Shown piece by piece: positions 51,648-63,761 of a stretch of DNA of 64,000 bases. The notes beneath the pieces are model-generated. The model was given only the letters and a program-made list of their open reading frames with translations. It did no database searches and was not told the origin of the DNA. The stretch lies in the NCBI GenBank assembly GCA_001662655.1, contig KV460211.1; one strand, written 5' to 3'. The position numbers and the translations under genes were made by a program. Positions within the stretch are counted from its first letter, which is position 1; each line of letters opens with the position of its first letter. The DNA is from Pseudogymnoascus verrucosus (taxonomy: Eukaryota).

Positions 51648-53490
51648 ATGGCGAGGCTCTCGTCGTGTATCATCTTGTGTCTTGCTCTATGCTCTCCTTC
51701 CCTGGCAGGAGATAGTGCTTGGCTGAGCCCCGTCTACAAAGAGATCTACGCGCGTCCTCTTCCCATTCCGCCGGACAAGGTCCCAAAACAGTAAGTTCAC
51801 ACCATCTGTGATCTGACTTTCGTTGTCAGTTGACGCGTTACAGTACGTGGACCAACTCCACCACCGGACAGATCATCAATTACTACGAGGTCGATATAAA
51901 GCCTTTTCAGCAACAAGTATACTCCAACCTTGGCAAAGCAAACTTGGTTGGCTACGATGGTATATCACCTGGGCCTACCTTCCGCATGGAGAGGGGGCAA
52001 GAGGCTGTGGTCAGGTTCATTAATCATGGAACTTTAAATAGTTCGGTCCATCTTCATGGATCATATAGTAAGTTGCTGAGACAGCATTGATATGTCATCA
52101 TGCTGAATAATTATTTTAGGTCGAGCACCATTTGATGGATGGGCTGAGGATACAACCGCCCCGGGTCAGTACAAAGATTACTACTACCCAAATAATCAAC
52201 GAGGTCGAACCCTCTGGTACCATGTAAGTAGACCATATCTGTCTCAATGTCACGCACTTATCCATACTCTAGGACCATGCTGTTCATCATACGGCTGAAA
52301 ATGCCTACTTCGGCCAGGCTGGATTCTACATCCTCCATGATCCAGCAGAAGACCGTTTTGGCCTCCCAGCTGGCAAGTATGACGTCCCTCTCACAATCAG
52401 CTCCAAGCAATATAAATCCAACGGCGACCTCTTCTCACCCGCTTCCGAGCTCACGAGTCTCTGGGGCGACGTCATCCACATGAACGGCCAACCATGGCCT
52501 TACTTCAAAGTCGAGCCTCGGAAATACCGCTTCCGCCTCCTCGATTCAGCCATTAGCCGTTCATTCCAGCTATACTTTGAGAAAGACACGAAGACGGGCA
52601 CAAAGCTCCCTTTTAAAGTCATTGCCTCTGACGCTGGCCTTCTCTCCGGCCCAGTTACCGCTACCTTGCTTGAGATCTCCATGGCCGAGCGCTACGAAAT
52701 CATCTTCGACTTCTCTGCTTACGCAAATACTAACGTGACCATGCGTAATAACCGCGACGTGCAAGCTGACGAAGACTACAACTCCACTGACAAAGTCATG
52801 AAATTCATTGTCGGCGGCACCATAACTGACACTACGAACAACGGCGAAGTGCCCGCCGTCTTCGACCCCCTTGTCCTCCCTCCCCCAAAGACAAACGTCG
52901 ACCGGACGTTCAAGTTCGGGCGCAATAACGGCGAGTGGAGAGTCAACGGCGTCTCTTTCTCCGATGTCAATAACCGGATCCTCGCGAAGCCGAAGCGTGG
53001 CTCCGTCGAGCTGTGGGAGCTGCAGAATGACTCGGGTGGTTGGTCGCATCCGGTGCACATCCACCTCGTCGACTTCCAGGTTGTGTCGCGCAAGGACGGT
53101 AAGAGGCCTGTGCTGCCCTACGAGGCCGCGGGGCTAAAGGACGTGGTGCTCCTCGGTACTAACGAGAAGGTGCGTGTGCTGGCGCGCTATGCGCCTTGGG
53201 ATGGGGTGTACATGTTCCACTGCCACAATTTGATTCATGAGGACCATGATATGATGGCTGCGTTTAATGTCAGCGTGTTGCCAGACTTTGGCTACCCAGA
53301 GACGACTAAGTTTATTGACCCCATGGAGGAACGGTGGCGGAGCAAGGGGTGGGATGACGCGAAATTCACCGAACAGTATATCAAGGGGACGTTGCTGCCG
53401 CAATTTTCGGGGTTAGATGCGTATGATAAGGCGGAAGAGACAGAAGAGGCCCTAGAGGAGTATTGGGATAACGATGGGAATGATGATTGA
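51648..53490 (+). CDS. Secreted multicopper oxidase, bilirubin oxidase/CotA type
   Basis: Signal peptide plus all four copper-binding motifs: VHLHG, TLWYHDH (split by an intron), HPVHIHL and HCHNLIHEDHDMM with an axial Met. FDGWAED is also present. Confidence 0.95.
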
Positions 53491-53897
53491 CTGTATTAAT
53501 TCGATATGATTTATTCAACATTAGTGTGTTACGAGCCTTGTTTATTAATAATCGAGAAAAGAGATAGAGGTGGCAACGGTTCTGCTGCTAGGTACAAATG
53601 TATATGTTCTACCCCACCTATAGCTCACAAATAGCGAATTATCCCAATAATAGGGGCAAAAGCGCCCTTAATATGGTAGGTAAGCTAAGACAGCTAAACA
53701 GTGTTGATATGAAAATGACACAAAATTGACGCTAAACTAACATAAGAATGTTGCTTTCCTTACTCACCCCGCTCACCCTTCTCAACCCTCGCCTCGCCTC
53801 GCCTTTCAGGCGGCAAGGGACTGCGATTCCGCGCTATGCCTATTGGCACGATTGAGGCTATCATCCAGCTATTAAAATAATATCAAAAAAATCAAAA

Positions 53898-54016
53898 ACA
53901 TACAACAGTGGGTATTCGCTGGTGGTCACCCACCCAACTACTAATCCACCGATCTCAAGCTTGTGTATGGCAGAGCGGACGGGATGCCCAATTCTCTTGA
54001 GTCTATGGTCGTATGT
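53898..54016 (-). rRNA. 5S ribosomal RNA (dispersed copy)
   Basis: 119 nt: ACATACGACCATAG...CATCCCGTCCGCTCTGCC...GATTAGTAGTTGGGTGGGTGACCACCAGCGAATACCCACTGTTGTATGT, followed by an oligo-T Pol III terminator. Confidence 0.95.
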
Positions 54017-54469
54017 GACAGATACTGGTGTGCAGGAGTATATATTTCGGTGTAGACGACTAATAAAGAAGGACACTGCTATGCATAGAATTACTGTGGT
54101 GGGAATACAGGCTGATAGCAAGTAGTAAATCAAAAGGAAGGGTTAGTAGCCATCAATAATAAAAGCCGCGCAATTCGTCTATACAAGTGGGTTCTGCGCA
54201 AAATGACTGAAGTTCCGAGACCGTCTCCAATAACCTAATTATCATTTGCAGGCTGCATCAACAGCCTGGCTTCGCAAACGCACCCTCAAACCCCACAGTC
54301 ACCCAGCCCCCTACCCCCCATTTCAGTCACTCTACCTTCCCCTCCCAGCCGTCATCCCCAAGACCCCCCACCCCCCAAAAAGAGCCCATTCGCAGCTCTA
54401 AACCACACAGTCCCAATGACACCTTCTCCCCAGCACACCTATCCATCCACCAGTCCCACAAACCCTACA

Positions 54470-54720
54470 CACCCCAGCACCGTGTCCACGGAGCCCAGCT
54501 TCCCATCATCGTGATTGCTCTATAGGCAGCCTCGCAAGACGGCCTGCTTAGTTTCTTCCCGCCGCATGCGAACTTAACGGCCTTCGTAACCGCAAACTCT
54601 TGGACGACCCATATACGGTTCCAACACGCATGATCAAAGATATCCGATATCTCATCCGCTGGGAAAAGTACTGAGCCATCATGGCGCTGACGGAATTTGT
54701 AGAAAAAGCTGTAGATAGAG
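54470..54720 (-). pseudogene. HET (heterokaryon incompatibility) domain gene fragment
   Basis: Manual translation gives DEISDIFDHACWNRIWVVQEFAVTKAVKFACGGKKL, the WxRxWxxQE...CG end-of-domain HET motif. No start codon or N-terminal part is visible. Confidence 0.65.
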
Positions 54721-54822
54721 CTAAGGCGCTAAAGACTTATCAGCTAGTATGCACCTCGACTAGTCGCATTACCACTAGTGGGGGCGAGCCATGTGTGAAC
54801 AGGCCCCTTAGCTGTCATGAGC

Positions 54823-56364
54823 TCAAGGTTTATCAGTGGTCATAATTGATATTATTTCGCCTGGATCGTAGCCCCAAGCTCGCTCGAGATCTTTAAGTCT
54901 CCACATAGCGCCCCATCCGGTAGTCTTGTCGATGATCTTAAAGAGTCTGGCCACAGCGAGATGCTCGCTTCGATGACTAAGAAGCTTGCCCGCGATGTAT
55001 AAAGGCTGAATTGCATTGATGAGGTTGGCACTATGTGGGTTAGTCAATGAAATTCCACAGACCCTTCTGGCGTGCCAAACAGCCGACCATTGTGGCATCG
55101 ACGACCGTGGTAGTCTGTCCGCAGGTCTGATCTCCAGCATTATGATACAGGCAGTGTGGTACAATTGATTGCTCGAGATTGCAGCCCAATGAGCAAACAA
55201 AATTTCTGGGAAGATCTGGCCACTGCCAGTTCCTGTTGTCTTGATCGGTAGTATTGCCGGGGGACGTTGTTCATTCCAATATTGTAGCTCGTCCCATAAC
55301 CGATTCCACTGCTCAATAGATGGCCGAGAGTCGTATTCATCCAATTCGCCTAACTCCAGGTACCTTGTTCGCCTGCACGCTAGATCACAAGTCTTAGCGC
55401 ACAAGTACACAGCCCAATTTGCGTGCATATCAGGAACCAGACGGCTTTTCTGGAAGAACGCGTCTTTGATTAACTCCTCTTCCCTCTCTTTTGAGCCTGG
55501 ACTCTCAGACATTATAGGGGTCCATTTATCAATATGAAGCACGGTACTCTCCGCCCCGTCGGAAACAATTGCTCCACACAACTCCATGCGAGCATAACAC
55601 CAGAAAACGGCCTGTAAAAGACCTCCGGAAAACCCGTTAATATTAAAATAATCAAATAGAGCAGCACAGCCCTCAATATGACGTCTCCAATCCCTCGGGC
55701 TCACAGACATCAACTCAAGGCAGGCGAGAATGCAGACTGTGACAAGCACATTCGGATCTTTGGCTTGCAGAGACGGGGCCAAGAGTCTGATGGACTCTTG
55801 GTAGAGTTCAAGACTATCATGGGACTTTTCAAGGCCAGTTTTTCTTTCAGTTTGTCGAGCTGAAAATGCTAGAATTGCGTAAAATAACGCTGGCGAGCCA
55901 TGCGCTACAATTGGGACCTGGACGCCGAAATGTCGTGCCTCGTCGAACTTGTCGAGGTACGGGGCGCATTCGGAAATCCAATTCTTTAGATAGTTGATTA
56001 ATCTGGCCTTTGGAATTGATACTCTTGTAAAATCCAAGCTTTGCGTTGACAGTTCTGGAGCAGGTACATTGACGGGCTCGGAGTGTGCGGGCGAATTGTA
56101 CCTGCTGGGAGCGAGACTGGCAACACCAGTGAAAACAACGGCTCGTAGTTCTTCTTGTAGATCGAGGAAGCGGGGGTTTGCAGCATACTCATCAACGCTC
56201 GACAGCTTACCTGGCGAAAAAAAGGCATCTTCCTCGATCAAGGGAGTTGCACCTTCATAGAGCGGCGCTATTGGGGCTCTTTCGTCATCGGCTGAGCGAA
56301 ACATTGGGGCGGCCGAATCATTCATCTCAAGCATACCTCTAGGGCGATGTTTGAACTTCGTCAC
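54823..56364 (-). CDS. Fungal-specific transcription factor domain protein (no zinc cluster visible)
   Basis: YLKNWISECAPYLDKFD, ALFYAILAFSARQ, WRRHIEG, AVFWCYARM and AISSNQLYHTACI. The first in-frame ATG is at about 56334, so the 5' end is uncertain. Confidence 0.8.
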   Translation of the reverse strand: MTKFKHRPRGMLEMNDSAAPMFRSADDERAPIAPLYEGATPLIEEDAFFSPGKLSSVDEYAANPRFLDLQEELRAVVFTGVASLAPSRYNSPAHSEPVNVPAPELSTQSLDFTRVSIPKARLINYLKNWISECAPYLDKFDEARHFGVQVPIVAHGSPALFYAILAFSARQTERKTGLEKSHDSLELYQESIRLLAPSLQAKDPNVLVTVCILACLELMSVSPRDWRRHIEGCAALFDYFNINGFSGGLLQAVFWCYARMELCGAIVSDGAESTVLHIDKWTPIMSESPGSKEREEELIKDAFFQKSRLVPDMHANWAVYLCAKTCDLACRRTRYLELGELDEYDSRPSIEQWNRLWDELQYWNEQRPPAILPIKTTGTGSGQIFPEILFAHWAAISSNQLYHTACIIMLEIRPADRLPRSSMPQWSAVWHARRVCGISLTNPHSANLINAIQPLYIAGKLLSHRSEHLAVARLFKIIDKTTGWGAMWRLKDLERAWGYDPGEIISIMTTDKP

Positions 56365-56965
56365 ATTTATAGCCCGACGTGCAAACTGTGGAGTCCGGTA
56401 ACATGTTCAAGGTCTGTGCATAGTGTGAACGGGTTGAGGAGAAAATATGGTCCAGACCGACATAACTAGCTTTGTGAAGGCATCAGCCACAAATCGAGGT
56501 TTTTCCGTTCCGTTGAGCTTTTCCGCTTTGGTGAGCTGGGGACAAGACTTCAAGTCGACATATCATATGGTTGTACGTTACCGTCAATGCCTCGAGAGTA
56601 GGAGATAAAAGTGGGAGCCAATTTCAACCACGACATATCACGGAAACAATTAAGGAAGAAATAGAACTAGTGTCTTTAGGGCTTAAAGCTAGACATAGCA
56701 AAATCTATAAAACAGGCGTATTTCTAGGCAATTTAATTTGATGGATAACTTGAAACGAAATACTATGGTAAGAGGATTCTGCAGAAAACTGTACAAGTAC
56801 TAGTAGTAGATCATTCTGTATAAAGCGACTAATTATAATACTCGGCAATATGCATACATTTCCTCCTTCAGACCATCACCCCTGCCTTACCTCCGCCTTG
56901 TATCTATTCCATGTACTAGAACAGTACAGGATCGGCTTTAGCTCGGTTCCTTAAAAGTTCGATTA

Positions 56966-58880
56966 TTATATCTTCTCAATGTAAGTCTCTTTTGCCATAC
57001 TTTTGGTCTCATTACCACCGATGTTTCGCTCCAAGAATGACGTCAAGCCAACATCTTTTTGCGCCTCCCGTAGTAGCTCGGCATCTCGTTCACCAGTGTG
57101 ACTCTTGAACACTCTGTCCATTTCCTCCAAAGTCGCATTCTTTGTCTCCGGAAGGAAGAAGTATACCCAGATGATACCGACGAAAAGGAAGGCAGCGAAA
57201 AATATGTAGGTCCCCCATGCCCATGCCTCGAGCATGGGAGGCACGAAAAAGGCAATCGCGAAATTGTTGATCCAGTTGCTGGAAGCTCCGATGGACGCTC
57301 CTTTTGCACGGATGGAGAGTGGGAAAATCTCAGACACGAGTGTCCACGAAACTGGACCCCATGTGGCACCGAAGCCAGCAATGTAAACCCATATGAACGC
57401 TACAGCCTTTCTTAGACAATTTCATGTAACAGATATGGGACGGAATCCTTACCAACGGCAATCCATCCAGCGGTAGCATGGGACGGCCAGTCATGGCGGA
57501 ATTTCGCGACGATAATACCAACTGACACCATGCTCACAAACATGACCACTGAGCCGACCAGAAGCATGGGCTTTCGACCAACCTTATCAATGATCAACTG
57601 CAAAGGTCAGTATATCTTCTCACTTTAGCGAGTATTCAACAACTTACCATAGCAGGTATAGTGCTGACTATGAAGACGACGCCAGTGACACCAGTTGCCA
57701 ATAGAGCGATTGTGCCACCAGTCAACCCAAGGCTGACAAACACATTTGAAGCGTAATAAATGACTAGATTCAGGTTAACACCCTGTGCTTTCCTAAATGG
57801 ACTGAACAGACTTACTGGCGTCGATACCACTCCACTGCTGGAAGAACATGACCAACCACGCTGTACAAACCCTCTTGAAGTTGTCCATAGTCCTGAAACA
57901 GTTGGCGTATTGTGCAACTTGATTCATAAAGATGCTTCTATGTTCTTTCTCGGCCAGCTTTGGGAATGCCTTGGCAAAAGCTCTCTCTTCGAACACTGCT
58001 TCGGCCTTAATCTCCAAATATTCCACCTGGACCAACTCGTGGTCAATCGGCAACTTCGCCAACCACGCCAGCGTCGATTTTGCCTCATCATCTCTTCCAA
58101 CTTTAACAAGCCATCTTGGTGAGAATGGCATCCACCAGATTCCGATCGCGAGAAATACGGCAGGGATTCCTTGAATGATGGAGGGCAGGCGCCATGCCAA
58201 ATCTGATTGCGTCTCGCCAGTACCGCCAATATAGTTGCTACCATAACCGACCCAAAAGGAGAGCATAATGCCGAGGATGGTCGCAAATTGGTAGAAGGAC
58301 ACGAGAAGGCCTCGCATTTCGGGCGCGGCGAGTTCAGCATTGTATAGGGGTCCTACACCACTGAAAAGGCCGACGCCAACACCCGTGAAAAATCGCCCGG
58401 CATAGAGAAGAGATGGATTGCCAACTTGGGCTCCAACGTAGAGGTAACTGCCCAATATGACCCAACAGCATGCGAAGAACATGGTGTACTTCCGAGAAAA
58501 TATTTCACCTAAGATTCCAGCGGAAAGAGATCCCAGAATACCGCCTAGCTGGAGCACAGAGGTGAGCCACCCCGTCGCAGAGGACGATTGAATAACTGAC
58601 GGGAAACTGTGGGTGAAACGGGTCATGACCAGGGATTGTCCCAGAACCCCCTGCTGGTAGCCATATTCCAGGCCGCCGAATCTTCACATTCACATATGTC
58701 AGCAGGGAAGCTTGGTGGTGTAGGAGAAGCTTACGAGGCAAAGAAGGCGATAACGAGAACCTTTGGGTTGTGCCTCAAAGACTGCCACATTGTCTTTTTT
58801 GCGAGCTGGACTCGTTGCCGAGGGTGCACTATCGGCCCCGGGGCGGTGGTTTCAACATCTGAGGACATGCGGTCGGCCAT
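56966..58880 (-). CDS. MFS sugar porter family transporter
   Basis: FGGLEYGYQQG, PLYNAELAAPEMRG, PFSPRWL, FFQQWSGIDA, IDKVGRKP, WGPVSWTLVSEIFPLSIRAKG and PETK. About four introns. Confidence 0.92.
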
Positions 58881-59995
58881 GTTTAAGGTTTGTTACTCCG
58901 AGGGTAACGCTGAAGTAAAGGCTATCAAGAATGGGTGAGACATATAATAGAGGAGGAGACATATATATATGCTCTCTCAAACACAGCCAAACATGCAGCA
59001 CCGAACCCGACATCCCCTACCCCACGTCTCAAAATGATGCGGAGAAATCAACATGCGGGGAACACTAGACTGAAATTAATCTTCTGTAGGCTCTGCCCCT
59101 TTATTTGGGCAGACAAAGATTTGTTAGCTAGTGAGCTAGCAACAACATCGGACGTATTTGGAAACCAGAGCCTATGAGCTTGTTGTCGAACCCTCGACCT
59201 TGGCAATATCCACTCATGTGCTGTGTACCTTGCAGAGACATAATTTATGGCATAAAGCTCTGATGCTTGAGGTGCATAGCCTACAAAACACGGCTGAGGA
59301 GCTTTTGAGAGCTAACTTACAATAGCGATGCGACAATGGCAAGGAGCGGCTATAAGTACCATATTAGGAAACAATAGGCACCAGCGGCCGTCCATCGGTC
59401 GGAACCGGGCGATGTTAGGCCTAGAGGAACTAATCTCAAAGGGGCTCAAATGCGGTTGTGTAAAACACGAACAACCAAAACGCCCAATTAACTATAAGCC
59501 TTTCCTAGTGTTCCCCGCACACGATGTCATCCCATTTCGGTTCGAAAAGGACCCACAACTAGTTGGAGAAGAAAAAAGAAAGTAAAATTCTGAGGCGATT
59601 CCCCAGATGTTTGGCGTCCTAGACTCAGCGGTACGAAAAGCGATATGTCGAGACACACTTACATACGCACCCCACACGACTCGAGTTACACAGAAAGAAA
59701 GTTGGTTAGTCAGTACCTAGTGAAGTAGTCAAATCGAAATCTGCTGTCCTCGTATCGTCTAGCCTACCGACGTATCAGGCGCATGCCCGCTAGACGACTG
59801 TGCTGTTCCCCACCCCCCCAACTTTGACGAGTCGAGAATGCCCTATCTGTGCATGTAGGCTCCCTCGATAGGCTCGGCAAACTCTTTTCGACAAAAATCT
59901 TTCGACTAACGCGCTCTCGCACGCTTTTGGGTCGCCAAAGCCACGCAAGACTTTACATCGTAGGCGTATCTTCTCTCGTTGCGCGGGAGATCGTA

Positions 59996-62079
59996 ATGTC
60001 TGCTAGACGAGTGACGCCAGCGGGAAAACAGCGCGTCCGGACTGGCTGCTTGACCTGTCGTAGACGCAGAAGAAAATGTAAGTCATCGTCACGGGCCACT
60101 CTGCAACATCTAGTAATGCTGGCTTGTTCGCTGAGGATAAGCTCTATTCAAATGGGAAAGACTCAGTTCGCTGACAGAGGGGCCCGCAAGGCGACGAGCA
60201 AAAACCTCGCTGCGAGAATTGTGAAGCTAAGGGCTTTTCCTGCAGATATAATGCCGACCTGTCGTTTGTATCGGTCTCTAACCCTAGACCACAACAGTCT
60301 AATGGGTCATTGAATGCCACTGTTCAAGCGTACAGCACTATCACGGTAAGCGTGTCTGATATGTTCATGTCTGATCATGCAGTAGTCTTTGTAAGCCTGC
60401 TTATTCTGTGCCTCGCAATAGTTTGTTGTTGATGATGATCCACCCCTGGCATCAACGCCTCCGGAGAGGGATGAGGGTATCCTGTGTCAGCATCCACCAG
60501 CACGAGAAGTTGAGAATGATACTGCCACGGCATTAGACGTGTGTATCGCTCAAGAGTCTATTGTTGGACCAGCTCCTCAGCAAGGCAACAACTCAGGAAC
60601 AACCAGCATTGCTCCAATCGATGTCACATCATACCCTGTTAGATGCCCCCTAGTTCACAGTGATTCTCTTGAACAATCGATGCCGCTCAATACAATAAAT
60701 CGCCTCATTAATGACAGCCGAAGAGCTCCAACGTGCCGCACTCTCAACAACTCTCACAATAGGACCTACTCAGACTCCACGTTTAGCCGCCGCCTAGTCG
60801 ACAGACAAGGACTGACTAATGGCGATCAAGAAACTGGATTGTTACGCCATTTTCGTTACAATTTAGCCCCTTGGATAGACGTTGGTGACCCAGAGTGTTT
60901 CTTTGGAATCAAGGTCATGCTTCTCGCAACGGCAAACAGGTCACTTCTCGCGGCCCTCCTTGCACTTGCCGCTCGTCACAGATCACTCATCTATCCCCAG
61001 CAGAATAGTGATGACCTCGAGAGTAGCCTGAAGTTTCGAGAGGAGGCCGAGCGTGGTCTTGTATTCGAAGATGATCATGTAAGCCGTATTATAAAAGTAC
61101 TTTTGATATTAGAAGTCTTGTTTTGTTCAAGCCCACTACAGTGGAGGACCCCGCAATTTCACCAGATGGGTATTCGGGAGGGCGTCACGTCTCTTGCAGC
61201 TCTAAGAGGAGAACTTAGTGAGCCGTTGTTTTGGCTCCAGTTCAAAATCGGTATTTATGCACCCCCCACTGGTCAATAGAGACTGACAATTGACCCGAAG
61301 ATCTCGCTGCATCTATTGTAAGTGCACAGCCACCGCTCATGCCTTTACATTCATATCTTCTGAATGACGGCTCGACGGGGAGGTCGTTCCGAACACTTTC
61401 GCAACGGCAATCCGCAAAAGAGATTTACCAACACTCTTTGTTTCTATTGGCCAATTGTCTATCCTTAATTTTTGGTGATCAAGAACCGTCCTCATCAAGG
61501 CTCTACCATGCACAATTGGCAAATCCTCACTCATTACGAAATTCCAATTTTCCATCTAGATGGGCCTCTTTGTGGAGTGATTGCCAGAAATGGTACAATA
61601 ACCGTCCTGCGGAAGTGCAGCAGATCTTGGAAATCCGAGGTGTTGAGGCAGATCAAATTGGCACTCACAATCCCCCTTCGTTCCCAATCCTCATATACAC
61701 CACACCTCTAGCTCTCGCATCGAACGCAGCCTATCACATTACGTCGCTATTAATGCTCGCTCATAAACCACGGCTCTTGAAGCGTTTGGCTGGTCCCGGG
61801 TGCTTCACGTCCCACATTTGGCATGCGCAGTCTATTGCCGGGATTGCTACAAGCAACGACTCTTTAGAACAATGGGACCCGATTCTGGTCGCCGGGCTTC
61901 TTTTGATGGCTAAAGAAATGACCCATGAATCGCAGCAGTTGGTTTTGTTAGACCAGCTTGGAAGAGTCACCTCGATGATTGGGATAAAGCTGGATCGTGA
62001 GATCGAGGCCCTCAAATCCGGATGGAACATCTCACGGTACGATCAAGACACACGGTATCGTCAAGAAACAGTCATTTGA
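59996..62079 (+). CDS. Zn(II)2Cys6 transcription factor
   Basis: Spliced RVRTGCLTCRRRRRKC/DEQKPRCENCEAKGFSC zinc cluster, followed by LLRHFRYNLAPWIDVGD and a C-terminal fungal TF region. Confidence 0.88.
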
Positions 62080-62140
62080 TACAAGGACTTTATTAGTTAT
62101 GTATTGCCGTTTAGCCCCTACAGTGGCACTGTCTCCAACA

Positions 62141-63166
62141 TCACTCGTACGCAAATGGAATACTCTGCATCGCGCCCCTTCTTTGCACACAGATAGCAGC
62201 TGCGGCATTCGCCTCCTGAACTGCTTTCTCGATCTCGACATCGAACTTATCAAGAGTAGCTCCTGTTGCGACGAACTTTGAAAACGTTGTAGCAAAGTAG
62301 CCCACAAACGTGTCTCCGGCCGCCGTTGTATCTACCACTTTGTCAATGGCGACACCGCGAACGAAGCCCTGCTTGCCATTGCTTGTAGAGAAAAAAACAC
62401 CCTTTGCGCCAAGTGTTATCAAGACTATTTTGATTTTGGCAATTGTATGGAAGTACGGGGCAATTTCTTCCGGCTTCAAGTCTGCCTCAGTTTGGACAGA
62501 AACCGGGAATTTCGGAATTGATCCAGTCATTTGTACAGCTTCGGTTTCGTTCATGATGAGGACGGATGTGTCCACAAGTGCCGTGAGCGGTACACCTTCT
62601 GGAAATACGGGCGCAGGGTTGAAGATAACGTGAGCATCGCTTGCAGGTCCATTGAAATGTTGCAGAAGAGCCAGCACCGTCAATCTCGGAATCTCGCCTT
62701 GCATTACCACGACCCCAACGGGTTGGCTTTGACTCTTGGTTATTGCGAGGATCTTGTCAACATCATTCATACCGGAATGATTCGCCCCCGGAACGACTAA
62801 AATCCTATTTTCTCCACCTGCCCCATTCTCAACGATGATTGTGGCTGAACCAGTCTGACTCTCCTTCGTCTCCTCGATGCCTCTCGTGCTAACACCTGAG
62901 TCCTCTAGCATCGGCCTCAGAAGAGTCAAATAATAGGGGTCGTTAGGGCCGACGGCTCCAATCATGCTCACAATTACATCCTGATGCGCTTTTGAGACGA
63001 ACGAAGCTCGACCGCAGGCAACAGCTTGATTTGCACCTTTCCCTCCTGCAGTAACCAAGAGAGAAGTGGCTGTCAGTGTCTCTCCTGGTTCAGGGCAACG
63101 TGGTGTAAAGGTGACGAAGTCGATGTTAAGGGACCCAACAACGCATATATGAGGAATAGTTGACAT
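62141..63166 (-). CDS. RBK1: Ribokinase (PfkB family)
   Basis: VVGSLNID, GGKGANQAVA, NPAP, NETEA, ITLGAKG and VDTTAAGDTFVG. Confidence 0.9.
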   Translation of the reverse strand: MSTIPHICVVGSLNIDFVTFTPRCPEPGETLTATSLLVTAGGKGANQAVACGRASFVSKAHQDVIVSMIGAVGPNDPYYLTLLRPMLEDSGVSTRGIEETKESQTGSATIIVENGAGGENRILVVPGANHSGMNDVDKILAITKSQSQPVGVVVMQGEIPRLTVLALLQHFNGPASDAHVIFNPAPVFPEGVPLTALVDTSVLIMNETEAVQMTGSIPKFPVSVQTEADLKPEEIAPYFHTIAKIKIVLITLGAKGVFFSTSNGKQGFVRGVAIDKVVDTTAAGDTFVGYFATTFSKFVATGATLDKFDVEIEKAVQEANAAAAICVQRRGAMQSIPFAYE

Positions 63167-63761
63167 GTTGGTTAAGTCAAGTCGACACGATTCGCTCTCA
63201 AATGCGAACCTGGCAATAAACAAAATTGATTAAGATATGTGATGAAAGAAGTGCTTGGATGATTGCTGAACAGCGTTGGCACAGCTTCAGTGCCTGATCC
63301 TGGAAGAACAATGTACAGCCGCGGAATAGGCTTTGCTATTAAAGATTCAATTTAGTTTCTTGAAATCCCAGCTGTAACTCGAATTTTCAAATTTAATGCA
63401 AATTTTTGCAACAATATTTCGGCTAGAACCTGGACTATGTACTCTCAATCTGATTCCATTTATATGATCTGAGTGGTTAGATTTCGTTCAGATAAGCTAC
63501 TAGTCTTGGCAAGTCCCATCGATTTTGGTCGATGCTTCAGCTGAAGACATTCGCTACGTGCTGTGGACCTTGCCTCTACGATGCCAGTTTGCGACCCCTG
63601 ATCTAGGACGGATATGAACTTGGGGACCATGGATCGGCACTTAAAGTGATCTAGCAGGGCTATAGGCTGGCTTTATCAAGGTTGATGCCAATTAGTGACT
63701 TAAGTGTGCTGCCGAATACGGCAACCGTAGCCTACGGGATTTAGCCAGACTTCTCAACTAA

